From contig CATNEN010000032.1 of the NCBI GenBank assembly GCA_950097015.1, positions 2,170,001 to 2,234,000 on the forward strand: a stretch of DNA of 64,000 nt. The letters run 5' to 3'. The notes beneath the pieces were generated by a model. It did not search any database, was not told the DNA's origin, and saw only the letters and a program-made list of their open reading frames with translations. Positions within the stretch are counted from its first letter, which is position 1. The number at the start of each line of letters is the position of its first letter. Below, in pieces: positions 37,200 through 51,660 of the stretch. The position numbers and the translations under genes are program-made. This DNA is from Macrostomum hystrix. Taxonomy: Eukaryota; Animalia; Platyhelminthes.

Positions 37200-38820
37200 G
37201 TTTAGGGTCATTGTTGACGATGGCTTGGCTCAGTGTCTGCTTTAGCTTTATTTAGGGTCATTGTTGATGATGGCTTGGCTCAGTGTCTGCTTTAGCTTTA
37301 TTTAGGGTCATTTTTGATGATGGCTTGGCTCAGTGTCTGCTTTAGCTTTAGTTAGGGTCATTGTTGACGATGGCTTGGTTCAGTGTCTGCTTTAGCTTTA
37401 GTTAGGGTCATTGTTGATGATGGCTTGGCTCAGTGTCTGCTTTAGCTTTATTTAGGGTCATTGTTGACGATGGCTTGGCTCAGTGTCTGCTTTAGCTTTA
37501 TTTAGGGTCATTGTTGACGATGGCTTGGCTCAGTGTCTGCTTTAGCTTTATTTAGGGTCATTGTTGACGATGGCTTGGCTCAGTGTCTGCTTTAGCTATA
37601 TTTAGGGTCATTGTTGATGATGGCTTGGCTCAGTGTCTGCTTTAGCTTTATTTAGGGTCATTGTTGATGATGGCTTGGCTCAGTGTCTGCTTTAGCTTTA
37701 TTTAGGGTCATTGTTGACGATGGCTTGGCTCAGTGTCTGCTTTTGCTATACTTAGGGTCATTGTTGACGATGGCTTGGTTCAGTGTCTGCTTTAGCTTTA
37801 GTTAGAGTCATTGTTGATGATGGCTTGGCTCAGTGTCTGCTTTAGCTATATTTAGGGTCATTGTTGACGATGGCTTGGCTAAGTGTCTGCTTTAGCTTTA
37901 TTTAGGGTCATTGTTGACGATGGCTTGGCTCAGTGTCTGCTTTAGCTTTATTTAGGGTCATTGTTGATGATGGCTTGGCTCAGTGTCTGCTTTAGCTTTA
38001 TTTAGGGTCATTTTTGATGATGGCTTGGCTCAGTGTCTGCTTTAGCTTTAGTTAGGGTCATTGTTGACGATGGCTTGGTTCAGTGTCTGCTTTAGCTTTA
38101 GTTAGGGTCATTGTTGATGATGGCTTGGCTCAGTGTCTGCTTTAGCTTTAGTTAGGGTCATTGTTGATGATGGCTTGGCTCAGTGTCTGCTTTAGCTTTA
38201 TTTAGGGTCATTGTTGACGATGGCTTGGCTCAGTGTCTGCTTTAGCTTTATTTAGGGTCATTGTTGACGATGGCTTGGCTCAGTGTCTGCTTTAGCTTTA
38301 TTTAGGGTCATTGTTGACGATGGCTTGGCTCAGTGTCTGCTTTAGCTATATTTAGGGTCATTGTTGATGATGGCTTGGCTCAGTGTCTGCTTTAGCTTTA
38401 TTTAGGGTCATTGTTGATGATGGCTTGGCTCAGTGTCTGCTTTTGCTATACTTAGGGTCATTGTTGACGATGGCTTGGTTCAGTGTCTGCTTTAGCTTTA
38501 GTTAGGGTCATTGTTGATGATGGCTTGGCTCAGTGTCTGCTTTAGCTATATTTAGGGTCATTGTTGACGATGGCTTGGCTAAGTGTCTGCTTTAGCTTTA
38601 TTTAGGGTCATTGTTGACGATGGCTTGGCTCAGTGTCTGCTTTAGCTTTATTTAGGGTCATTGTTGATGATGGCTTAGCTCAGTGTCTGCTTTAGTTATA
38701 TTTAGGGTCATTGTTGATGATGGCTTGGCTCAGTGTCTGCTTTAGCTATATTTAGGGTCATTGTTGACGATGGCTTGGCTAAGTGTCTGCTTTAGCTTTG
38801 TTTAGGGTCATTGTTGATTA
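37200..38820. repeat. 50-bp tandem repeat TTTAGGGTCATTGTTGA(C/T)GATGGCTTGGCTCAGTGTCTGCTTTAGCTTTA, about 32 copies
   Basis: Exact 50-nt periodicity. Confidence 0.97.
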
Positions 38821-39579
38821 TATGGCTTTATACTCAAATTTAGGTGAGGTTAAATATAATTGAATGAGTTCAGTAATAAATTAAACACAAATGTGATGCA
38901 TTTATAGCCAATAATTCCGATGACACATCCAGGTAAATAATGTGATTTTTTCACGATTCACGTCATTTTATGTAATTAGAACAAAGCAGATTCTGCAATG
39001 TGCTTCTCTACTACTATCATAGAATAAGTAGTGTAGCTAGCATTATGATAATTTAAGTAAAAAATCTGTTTAACAATAGCAAAAGGCCGCTTAAATAAAT
39101 GGACAGGGCCGTTGAAGATCAGAGTGGCTGTTTATCAATTCTATGGGTGCCAAAATGAATTTTGAAAAAGAAACAAAAGTTGCTTATTCGGACTCGTTTT
39201 CAAATTGCCCCTGTAAAGTCACAAAAGCAGCTACAGACAAAGGTAAATAAACTAAAGACATGCTTGCGCGTGCAATCGCAATTAGTCAAGAATTGCTTCG
39301 AATCCTGAATAAAAATCCTGAATCGAGCCAATACACAAGATAAGAAATCTAATCAGTTTTCTATTAAAATGTCATTAAGTGAGCAAATCAAGAAATACCG
39401 AATAAGCATGCATGCAGAGTGAAGCAAACGGGACTCAAACACAATTCACCGTTACCGGATCAAGAAAATAGTAAAGGAAGAGATTAATGGGAAAATGGAC
39501 ACTGTGCATTGATTGCAATCAGGGCGCTGCAGAATAACCGAGGTGCAACTTCAATGGATCGCATTGAATTTAATGTCTA

Positions 39580-40240
39580 CAATCCCAAATGGGATTTCTT
39601 TGATACCACATGAGGATTATGTGATCCCCAATGGGATTTCCGTGATCCCAAAAGGGATTTCTGTGATCCCAAATGGGATTTTGTGATCCCAAATAAGATT
39701 TGTATGTTCCCAGATTGGATTTCTATGATTCCAAATGGGATGTACATGATTCCAAATGGGATTTACATGATTCCAAATGGGATTTACATGATTCCAAATG
39801 GGATTTACATGATTCCAAATGGGATTTACATGATTCCAAATGGGATTTACATGATTCCAAATGGGATTTCTATGATTCCAAATGGGATTTTTATGATCCT
39901 GAATAGGATTTCTATGATTCCAAACGGGATTTCTATGATTCCAAATGGGATTTACATGATTCCAAATGGGATTTACATGATTCCAAATGGGATTTCTATG
40001 ATTCCAAATGGGATTTCTATGATTCCAAATGGGATTTTTATGATCCTGAATAGGATTTCTATGATTCCAAACGGGATTTCTATGATTCCAAATGGGATAA
40101 ATGTGATTCTAAATGGGATTTACATGATTCTAAATGGGATTTACATGATCCCAAATAGGATTTCTATGATTCCAAATGGGATTTCTATGATTCCAAATGG
40201 GATTTATATGGTCCCAAAATGGGATTTCTATGATCCCATA
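39580..40240. repeat. 21-bp minisatellite ATGATTCCAAATGGGATTTAC
   Basis: Read directly; explains the IPNGIYM ORF. Confidence 0.95.
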
Positions 40241-41538
40241 CAATTCAAGATGGGAGTTTTTCAGTTTAGTAGCCAATTTATGCGCGTTCTTCGACAGATT
40301 CTCAAATTGAGTTTCCAAGTCACAAATAAGTTGATAAAGTTTCGTTTGATTAACGATATAAAAGCAAGCCTAACAACAATGATTAAATAACTGTTGAATA
40401 TAGCATTGAGTGTGAGTAGGACAGCTTGCACAAAGCCGACACTAGCTGCAATCGAAACAAAGCACTGGTAAAATATGAGAGCCAAGAATTAGGGTCGATT
40501 TCTGGTGATTTGAATCTGATCAGAGTTTGTTAAGTCACAAATCTCACTATTATTCTGTGCTGGAACACACAGTAAGAATTAAATGTTTCAGAAACGAAGA
40601 TATAAAATATAAGCATGCATTAGCTAGCTAAATAATAATTAGCAATCAACTGCAAAGGCACAGGGGAGGCAGGACAGGTCAGGACATGTGCTCCGTGTGG
40701 CATCACAGCCTGCATAATAAAACTATGAAACAATTATCAAAAGGACAACAATAATGAATATAGCAGATGTCTTTGACAAAGGAACAGTTTTTTTATTGCA
40801 TACCTGTCCACTCTCAGTGATATTTTAGCGATCTAGAAGGAACAATCAGAACAAAGAGGCAGATGGGAAACCAAAGCTAAGGAGGCCTTGTATTATTAAA
40901 TGGAAGACGCTAGGTGAAGTTGAAACATCGTTATTGATGATCGCAAAAGAAAAAAGGCAGACAAAAGGCTAAAAAAACATCCGCACACACACGCAGCAAA
41001 CTGTCTAGGCCAAGCAACCAGCGTTCAGCTAATAAACTATTGGACCCTTGCAGTTGCCCAATGCAGGTCAGGTGTTGACTGAGATCGTAATAAAAAAGCT
41101 ATAGTCTATGGCCAAACCACCCGACCTCGCTTTTGGTAGATTATTTACACAGCAACTAAATAGCCCAGTTACTAAACTGCGAGAAGCTCAGAGAGGCCAG
41201 GTGTAAATCCATTGCGTGCCGGTGTGTATAGAGCGAATTCGTATTAATTTATTAGTAAAGTCAAACACGAGTGAGTATTAGTATGAGGATAGCTGAACAA
41301 CATTCTGCTAACAATAAGAATGATTCTATAGAGTGGTCATGGATTGATAAGAAAAGCAATAGTTAAATACGAAATAGATTAAATTGTGCATAGTCAAACA
41401 GTGGAATGTGCTGTCCATCCCTACTCAGCTTGTCTTTATAGTCTTTATAGTCATGTCACTAACGCTAGTCTTCACGATGATGAGTAATCTATAAAAGTTC
41501 TAAGCGTACACAAACAACAATGAGAGAACCAAGCTGAG

Positions 41539-44500
41539 TCAAGGCCGCTGCTGGTGCTGCTCCAGGAATGCCTGCCGCTCAGAGCTGCCAGTTTTTGGTC
41601 GCACTGAGAACTGCTTCAGCGTGGCTTCCAGTGCAGTCTGGTTGCCGGAGAAATAGGCCGAGACTGCGTTGTGAAACAGCAGCAGCTGCTTCTGCATCAC
41701 CCGAACCTGCGCAGTTTTTGAGATCCTCAAAGTAAAAAAACAATACTCAAACTCTACGATCCCACAGCCGGAAAATAATCCTTAAACTCTACGATCCCAC
41801 AGCCGGAAAATAATCTTCAAACTCTACGATCCCATAGTAGGAAAATAATCCTCAAAATCTACGATCCCATAGTAGGAAAATAAACCTCAAAATCTACGAT
41901 CCCATAGTAGGAAAATAATCATCAAACTCTACGATCCCCAGAGTAGGAAAAATGCTCGTAACTCTAAGATACCCACAGTACGAAAATAATCCTTAAACTC
42001 CAAGATCCCCACAGTAGGAAAATAATCCTCAAAATCTAAGATCCCATAGTAGTAAAAATATCCTAGAACTTTAAGATCCCACAGTAGTAAAAAGATCCTA
42101 AAACTCCAAGATCCCACAGTAGTAAAAATATCCTAAAACTTTAAGATCCCACAGTAGTAAAAAGATCCTAAAACTCCAAGATCCCACAGTGGTAAAAAGA
42201 TCCTAAAACTTCAATATCCCACAGAAGTAAAAAGATCCTAAAACTCCAAGATCCCACAGTAGTAAAAATATCCTAAAACTTTAAGATCCCACAGTAGTAA
42301 AAAGATCCTAAAACTCCAAGATCCTACAGTGGTAAAAAGATCCTAAAACTCCAAGATCCCACAGAAGTAAAAAGATCCTAAAACTCCAAGATCCCACAGT
42401 GGTAAAAAGATCCTAAAACTCCAAGATCCCACAGAAGTAAAAATATCCTAAAACTTTAAGATCCCACAGTAGTAAAAAGATCCTAAAACTCCAAGATCCT
42501 ACAGTGGTAAAAAGATCCTAAAACTCCAAGATCCCACAGAAGTAAAAAGATCCTAAAACTCCAAGATCCCACAGTGGTAAAAAGATCCTAAAACTCCAAG
42601 ATCCCACAGAAGTAAAAAGATCCTAAAACTCTAAGATCCCTAAAGTCGGAGAATTTGCTCACCCTGTTCTCATCCAACAGTTTTATCTTGACCAGCACGT
42701 CCTGCCGCAGCCGCTCGTATTTGGTCCTCTGGGCTTCGAACTTTGACCGCAGCTCGTCCACCTTCGGTCCGCCGCCAGCGTTGGTGGCAGCTTCTAGGTC
42801 GACTCGGTAGGCGTCGTATTCAACTCTGCGAGTGTTTGGCGAGAATTAGCTGGGGCGCGTGCGCTGGTTAAATGCCAGCTGGGATCAGTAATCAGCCATG
42901 TGGTCTGCGGCTCTCCGCTCACCTCTTCTCTCATGCGCTCCTACTCAGAATAAAATCTCTTCTCTATTCTCTCTTCCACTCTCCGCATCGGTTTCCTTCT
43001 CTTCTCTTCTACATCATTTACCCTCACCTACTCACTCTCTCTTCCTTCTTCCCTCACTACTTATTCCCACTCTTCCTCATTTCCTCACTCTTCCTCATGC
43101 CCTCTCTCCCCCTTCCCTCTCTCCTCATTCCCTCTCTCCTCATTCCCTCTCTTTTCCTCATTCCCTCTCTCCTCATTCCCTCTCTTTTCCTCATTCCCTC
43201 TCTCCTCATTCCCTCTCTTTTCCTCATTCCCTCTCTCCTCATTCCCTCTCTCCTCATTCCCTCTCTCCTCATTCCCTCTCTCCTCATTCCCTCTCTCCTC
43301 ATTCCCTCTCTCCTCATTCCCTCTCTTTTCCTCATTCCCTCTCTCCTCATTCCCTCTCTTTTCCTCATTCCCTCTCTCCTCATTCCCTCTCTTTTCCTCA
43401 TTCCCTCTCTCCTCATTCCCTCTCTCTTCCTCATTCCCTCTCTCCTCATTCCCTCTCTCCTCATTCCCTCTCTTTTCCTCATTCCCTCTCTCCTCATTCC
43501 CTCTCTTTTCCTCATTCCCTCTCTCCTCATTCCCTATCTTTTCCTCATTCCCTCTCTCCTCATTCCCTATCTTTTCTTCATTCCCTCTCTCCTCATTCCC
43601 TCTCTCCTCATTCCCTCTCTTTTCCTCATTCCCTCTCTCCTCATTCCCTATCTTTTCTTCATTCCCTCTCTCCTCATTACCTCTCTCGTCCTCATTAACT
43701 CTCTCACCCTCCTTTGCTTTCTCCCCCTTCCCTCTCTCACCTTCTCTTTTCCTCTCTCCTCCTTCGTCCCTCTCTTCCGCATCCCCACCATCCTCCCCAC
43801 CAGCCAATGCAGTTCAGAACGGCACACTGTGACTCACCTAGCGTACTCATAGTTAGTAACAGTGGAGAGCGTATCCTCAAAAGTCTTAGTAACCAGGGTG
43901 TTCAGAGACTGGCAGAAGAAGTTCAAGGCGGACATGAGCCGCTCGCCGTTGGCAGCCAGAGCTTGCTGGGTCTCGGAGTTGTAGCCGAACTCGTTGGACA
44001 GATCGTGATCCGTTCTGGCCAGATCGCGAAATGCTTCGCCTAGAACCCGCTGAGTGTCCAGCACCGCCTGTGATGACGAAGGGAAAATAGTCAATAGTTA
44101 ATCATGAACTATGTTTCACTAAACATTAAACAGACAATTAACGCAAGAAGTGCCTAAAAAGTACGAAGAGATGAAAACTTTCTTAGAATAAAGAAGTTTT
44201 AAACAACTGATTTGAAAAAGTAATTACATCGTAAAAACGAAAAAGTAACGACTTGACTAAATATACCGGAAAAAAATTACTCCATTTTTTTAAACAAAAA
44301 GTAACGAAATGCAAACAAACGAACAGAAAGTAACGAAATGCAATCAAACGAACAAAAAGTAACGGATAAAACGAGCTACATTAAAGTTAACGAACTAAGA
44401 ATCAACGGATTGCAATATCTATTTGAAAACAACCGAATGCAGTAATTTATGGGCCATTGAAAAAAACGATGAACTATTACCTGAAAGTGGCGCGCCAGTC

Positions 44501-47500
44501 CGCCAGCCAGGTTGAGCAGCGCCTGATACCTCCGCTGACAGTCTCGAAGGTTGGCCACGGCAGCTTCCAGGTCGGAGTCTACAGTGCGCGAGCTTTTGCC
44601 CAACCGTTCGGACACCATCTGCTTGGTGCACTTGTAGGTGCTCACACTCCATTGGCGCACATGCTCCAGTGTGCTATCCTGCCGGCCTGCCAGCCCGGCT
44701 GCTGACAAAATCTGACCGGCTCGATCTGCGTGCGGCCGTATTTTCTACTTATGTAAGTAGTGCTATTTGCATTTTTGCAGTTAAATTTGTCAACTAACAG
44801 CTTCTCACTTTAAAGTAATGCAGCGAACAAAGGCGCAGCTAATAATCATGTCAACTTTACCAATTAATAAAAAACGCTATGTCTACTACTACCTGAATCA
44901 AGTAGTTAATATTATTCAAGTAGTTACAATATAATTAATTATCTTGTAATAACGTTTATTAAACGCATTAAATAGATAAGATTTGTAAACATCTTAAACA
45001 AAATAGTAAGCTTTTTTCTACGCTTTATTTGGTAGCTGATAAGTAAAATGCCTCACATACTGCTAGTCGCATGTACGTACAACGGAACTTAAAACTAAAA
45101 TCCTAAAGCCGAATAGTCATTAAAAACTGATATTAATTTATTCGCTCGCATCTTAACCAGAAAGAAACTGAGCATAAACTGGTAATATTTTTTTCTTCAA
45201 AGACTTCATAAATTTAATGAATTTGTCAACGGATATATCATTGAAACTAGATACTCAGAAAATGTTCCAAAAATGAAACAAAACGCGAATTAATTAGCCT
45301 ACTCCAAATGCTGCCACGAGTTTCGTCTTTGCTGCGTCCGCTGCCGCTAGGAAAGGCTTTGAAAGCGGAAAAAAGGAATGAAATCTAAAGACAATAATCC
45401 AATCTAAGACAATGATTTTTATAAGGCAAAGAACTAAATTCCTTCAATTAAAAGTTAAGAGACAATTTTCTACTTAAAAAATTAGCAAAAGGGTTAATCA
45501 AAATAAAAAAAACACCCTATTATAAGGGATAATCTCACACTAAAAACACCTATCATAATTGATAATCTCACATTAAAAACACCTATCATAATTGATAATC
45601 TCACATTAAAAACACCTATCATAATAGATAATCTCACAGTAAAAACACCTATCATAATTGATAATCTCACACTAAAAACACCTATCATAATAGATAATCT
45701 CACACTAAAAACACCTATCATAATTGATAATCTCACACTAAAAACAGCTATCATGATTGATAATCTCACACTAAAAACACCTATCATAATTGATCATCTC
45801 ACACTAAAAACACCTATCATAATTGATAATCTCACATTAAAAACACCTATCATAATTGATAATCTCACATTAAAAACACCTATCATAATAGATAATCTCA
45901 CAGTAAAAACACCTATCATAATTGATAATCTCACACTAAAAACACCTATCATAATAGATAATCTCACACTAAAAACACCTATCATAATTGATAATCTCAC
46001 ACTAAAAACAGCTATCATGATTGATAATCTCACACTAAAAACACCTATCATAATTGATCATCTCACACTAAAAACACCTATCATAATTGATAATCTCACA
46101 TTAAAAACACCTATCATAATTGATAATCTCACATTAAAAACACCTATCATAATAGATAATCTCACAGTAAAAACACCTATCATAATTGATAATCTCACAC
46201 TAAAAACACCTATCATAATAGATAATCTCACACTAAAAACACCTATCATAATTGATAATCTCACACTAAAAACACCTATCATAATTGATCATCTCACACT
46301 AAAAACACCTATCATAATAGATAATCTCACACTAAAAACAGCTATCATAATTGATCATCTCACACTAAAAACACCTATCATAATTGATAATCTCACACTA
46401 AAAACACCTATCATAATAGATAATCTCACACTAAAAACACCTATCATAATTGATAATCTCACACTAAAAACGCCTATCATAATTGATAATCTCACATTAA
46501 AAACACCTATCATAATAGATAATCTCACAGTAAAAACACCTATCATAATTGATAATCTCACACTAAAAACACCTATCATAATAGATAATCTCACACTAAA
46601 AACACCTATCATAATTGATAATCTCACACTAAAAACACCTATCATAATTGATCATCTCACACTAAAAACACCTATCATAATTGATAATCTCACACTAAAA
46701 ACACCTATCAAAATAGATAATCTCACACTAAAAACACCTATCATAATTGATAATCTCACACTAAAAACACCTATCATAATAGATAATCTCACACTAAAAA
46801 CACCTATCATAATTGATAATCTCACACTAAAAACACCTATCATAATTGATAATCTCACATTAAAAACACCTATCATAATAGATAATCTCACAGTAAAAAC
46901 ACCTATCATAATTGATAATCTCACACTAAAAACACCTATCATAATAGATAATCTCACACTAAAAACACCTATCATAATTGATAATCTCACACTAAAAACA
47001 CCTATCATAATTGATCATCTCACACTAAAAACACCTATCATAATTGATAATCTCACACTAAAAACACCTATCATAATAGATAATCTCACACTAAAAACAC
47101 CTATCATAATTGATCATCTCACACTAAAAACACCTATCATAATTGATAATCTCACACTAAAAACACCTATCATAATTGATCATCTCACACTAAAAACACC
47201 TATCATAATTGATCATCTCACACTAAAAACACCTATCATAATTGATAATCTCACACTAAAAACACCTATCATAATTGATCATCTCACACTAAAAACAGCT
47301 ATCATGATTGATAATCTCACACTAAAAACAACTATCATAATAGATAATCTCACACTAAAAACACCTATCATAATTGATAATCTCACACTAAAAACACCTA
47401 TCATAATTGATAATCTCACACTAAAAACACCTATTATAATTGATAATCTCACACTAAAAACACCTATCATAATTGATAATCTCACACTAAAAACACCTAT

Positions 47501-49938
47501 CATAATTGATAATCTCACACTAAAAACACCTATCATAATTGATCATCTCACACTAAAAACACCTATCATAATTGATCATCTCACACTAAAAACAGCTATC
47601 ATGATTGATAATCTCACACTAAAAACAACTATCATAATAGATAATCTCACACTAAAAACACCTATCATAATTGATAATCTCACACTAAAAACACCTATCA
47701 TAATTGATCATCTCACACTAAAAACACCTATCATAATTGATCATCTCACACTAAAAACACCTATCATAATTGATAATCTCACACTAAAAACACCTATCAT
47801 AATTGATAATCTCACACTAAAAACACCTATCATAATTGATAATCTCACACTAAAAACACCTATCATAATTGATAATCTCACACTAAAAACACCTATCATA
47901 ATTGATCATCTCACACTAAAAACACCTATCATAATTGATAATCTCACACTAAAAACACCTATCATAATAGATAATCTCACACTAAAAACACCTATCATAA
48001 TAGATAATCTCACACTAAAAACACCTATCATAATTGATAATCTCACACTAAAAACACCTATCATAATTGATCATCTCACACTAAAAACACCTATCATAAT
48101 TGATCATCTCACACTAAAAACACCTATCATAATTGATAATCTCACACTAAAAACACCTATCATAATTGATCATCTCACACTAAAAACAGCTATCATGATT
48201 GATAATCTCACACTAAAAACACCTATCATAATAGATAATCTCACACTAAAAACAACTATCATAATAGATAATCTCACACTAAAAACACTCTATCATAATT
48301 GATAATCTCACGCTAAAAAACACCTATCATAATAGATAATCTCACACTAAAAACACCTATCATAATAGATAATCTCACACTAAAAACACTCTATCATAAT
48401 TGATAATCTCACGCTAAAAAACACCTATCATAATAGATAATCTCACACTAAAAACACCTATCATAATTGATAATCTCACACTAAAAACACCTATCACAAT
48501 TGATCATCTCACACTAAAAACACCTATCATAATTGATCATCTCACACTAAAAACACCTATCATAATTGATAATCTCACACTAAAAACACCTATCATAATT
48601 GATCATCTCACACTAAAAACAGCTATCATGATTGATAATCTCACACTAAAAACACCTATCATAATAGATAATCTCACACTAAAAACAACTATCATAATAG
48701 ATAATCTCACACTAAAAACACCTATCATAATTGATAATCTCACACTAAAAACACTCTATCATAATTGATAATCTCACGCTAAAAAACACCTATCATAATA
48801 GATAATCTCACACTAAAAACACCTATCATAATAGATAATCTCACACTAAAAACACTCTATCATAATTGATAATCTCACGCTAAAAAACACCTATCATAAT
48901 AGATAATCTCACACTAAAAACACCTATCATAATTGATAATCTCACGCTAAAAAACACCTATCATAATTGATAATCTCACGCTAAAAACACCTATCATAAT
49001 AGATAATCTCGCACTAAAAACACCTATCATAATTGATAATCTCACACTAAAAACACCTATCATAATAGATAATCTCACACTAAAAACACCTATCATAATA
49101 GATAATCTCACACTAAAAACACCTATCATAATTGATAATCTCACACTAAAAACACCTATCATAATTGATAATCTCACACTAAAAACACTCTATCATAATT
49201 GATAATCTCACACTAAAAACACCTATCATAATTGATAATCTCACACTAAAAACACCTATCATAATAGATAATCTCACACTAAAAACACCTATCATAATAG
49301 ATAATCTCACACTAAAAACATCTATCATAATAGATAATCTCACACTAAAAACACCTATCATAATTGATAATCTCACACTAAAAACACCTATCATAATAGA
49401 TAATCTCACACTAAAAACACCTATCATAATTGATAATCTCACACTAAAAACACCTATCATAATTGATAATCTCACACTAAAAACACCTATCATAATTGAT
49501 AATCTCACACTAAAAACACCTATCATAATTGATCATCTCACGCTAAAAACACCTATCATAATAGATAATCTCACGCTAAAAACACCTATCATAATAGATA
49601 ATCTCACGCTAAAAACACCTATCATAATAGATAATTATAAGGAGAAATAAGGTGAGTATCACAATAGAGTGTTTTCAATCGCCAATGCTGTGCTGTTATT
49701 ATTCCAACACTCACAAAACCTAAAAGTGCATGGCCAGCCAGCATGCTTACATGAGTCCATACTCACCGTGTGGCGCAGACACGGGCTGTGCCGGAGCTAC
49801 AGCTGACTGTGAGCTGCCAGTACCATCCAGGCTTGTAGCCTGCCTTTGCATCTCTTCCATAGTTTCAGTATGCGGCCCCGCAAGCACATCATCATTGGGG
49901 CCATTGTCTGCCGTGCCGTTAACACTCAATTCGGCCAT
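41539..49938 (-). CDS. ARFIP2: Arfaptin (AH/BAR domain); exons 49938-49767, 45346-45303, ~44744-44481, 44067-43838, 42825-42663, 41706-41539
   Basis: QWSVSTYKCTKQMVSERLGKSSRTVD, EFGYNSETQ, LNFFCQSLNTLVTKTFEDTL, ARVEYDAYRVDLE, VMQKQLLLFHNAVSAYFSGNQ closely follow arfaptin-1/2; GT-AG junctions with matching phases. Probably equally related to ARFIP1 and ARFIP2. Confidence 0.95.
41725..42640. repeat. ~35-bp intronic minisatellite AAGATCCCACAGTAGTAAAAAGATCCTAAAACTCC
   Basis: Fills the last arfaptin intron. Confidence 0.93.
43080..43700. repeat. Pyrimidine minisatellite CTCATTCCCTCTCTC (15/18-bp variants)
   Basis: Inside arfaptin intron 4. Confidence 0.93.
45512..49635. repeat. 33-bp satellite CTATCATAATTGATAATCTCACACTAAAAACAC, about 4.1 kb
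   Basis: Inside arfaptin intron 1; explains the 849-aa IIIDNLTLKTP ORF. Confidence 0.97.
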
Positions 49939-51660
49939 GTGGCTCAGCTGCGGCAGAGGCGGTGCGGGAAATTAATTGCGCAATCAATATTAAAGTACCG
50001 CTTTGAAAATATTACACTATAATAGTTACTTGAGAAATAAATTAAACTAGTGCACCAATAGTAGTGCTTGCCAACTATATATGAGAATTGTATTTTCTAA
50101 GATTTTCTAAGATTTTCTAAGACTTCAAAAGAGTTTATAGGAAAAACACAGCAATAAAATGTCATGAAAACTCACAACTCATGCCAATTATAAATTTTAT
50201 ATTTATTTAAAAAAGCCAGGAAATTAATCTTAGCAACAAAAGCAGCAGCATGAAAAGCAATGTGTGCCCAATAAGCAATGAAGAAACGGCAGTGTGCAAA
50301 AACGTGAAAGTTATAATCAATGCTAATACGAAGTCAGGGTCCTTGCAGAATAGATAGATATGTATAGCAAATCAGTGATGTCTTGATCTTATTCAAAAAA
50401 TCTTTTTTTCGAAAATTTATTTTGTATACCTAATATAGAATTGCCTTTCAGAATAAAATTTTACCCTTGCTACGAGCATACAATTACTTTAAAATAGTAA
50501 AATTACTTTAACTGCGGTACGGGCTGGTGGAAAGTCAAGCAAATGTACACTGGGCAGTGGGGGGCTGGTAGAGAACGAGTGTACATTGGCCTGCGGGGAG
50601 CAAGAGTACATTGGCCAGTGGGGGACAAATGTACATAGGGGTGTGAAGGGCTCGAAGAGAGCAAGTGTACATTGGGGGTGTGAGAGGCAGTAAGATCAAG
50701 TGTACATTGATAAAAAATGTGCACTGAATTTTGATGCATCAAGTAACTAAAAAATCCAGATCACACAGGCTTATCTTAACACTGAAAAACACTTGACTAG
50801 ACTGTGCTGCGGAACGAAAAAAACCCAGTACAATATTTAAGGTCAAATCTTAATCAATATAATTTAAAATATTTGACTAATAAATAGAGCGCTGGATTTG
50901 TACTTTGCAACAGGAGAGACCAATCAAGTGTCACGGAAGCTGAAAGGATGCAGACAAAAAGCAGCAAGCAATAGTGCATTTTAAATAAATAAAATACAGA
51001 CAGACAGATAAGGAGAAAATGCCAGAGAAGCAGAAAGAATAAAAACATGACTAACTAACGGGACCGACACTCGCAGCGTATATACTATGTTGGAAGGAAG
51101 GCAGGTCAATAAGGAAAGATAAAAATCTTGTGGAATATAGAATATAACAAAAGCATAAAGTCACTTTAGAAACACGCAAGCATATAAATATTAACTGTGT
51201 CATGAAAATATCTTGCAAAAATACTGGGTTTTGCTTATAAAATTCAAAATTCACTTAACGACGCAATACTACTCAGTGTGCAGCACATACAGTAGTATGT
51301 ATGACAAATCTATAAGGAAAAGCAAAAATATATGAGAAAAACTCGCGAAAATCTGTTAAAACAAAAATATTCGATATGGCTATTGCATAACAGATTCATA
51401 AAAATGAAAGCCAGTCGAGAAATAAGGTCGCGGAATACATTGTATAGCACTTAGTGTTATTATGTGATTCCACCAGTGAACTGGAAGTTAAATAACCAAA
51501 TCTCTCGACGTGGCAACAGATTGCGTGTAAAATACTAACTCACAGCCTCAGTAAAGAATAAGATTTGATAAGATTTGCAATTCTCTGTCGACTCATTCTC
51601 TGAATTTCCGTTAAGGGCTTCGATGACAAGCAATATTTAAAGTTATAAAATTTCACCCAT

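Noticed and set aside
37200-38820. Regular arrays as possible CRISPR arrays
   Set aside because: Units are head-to-tail with no unique spacers, there are no cas genes, and the context is eukaryotic
45753-48302. 849-aa ORF (IIIDNLTLKTP)n and similar long ORFs at 3428, 10896-12276, 13876-16623, 25907, 39683, 42872, 51857
   Set aside because: All are translations of stop-free minisatellite units, often open in several frames or antisense within introns of real genes
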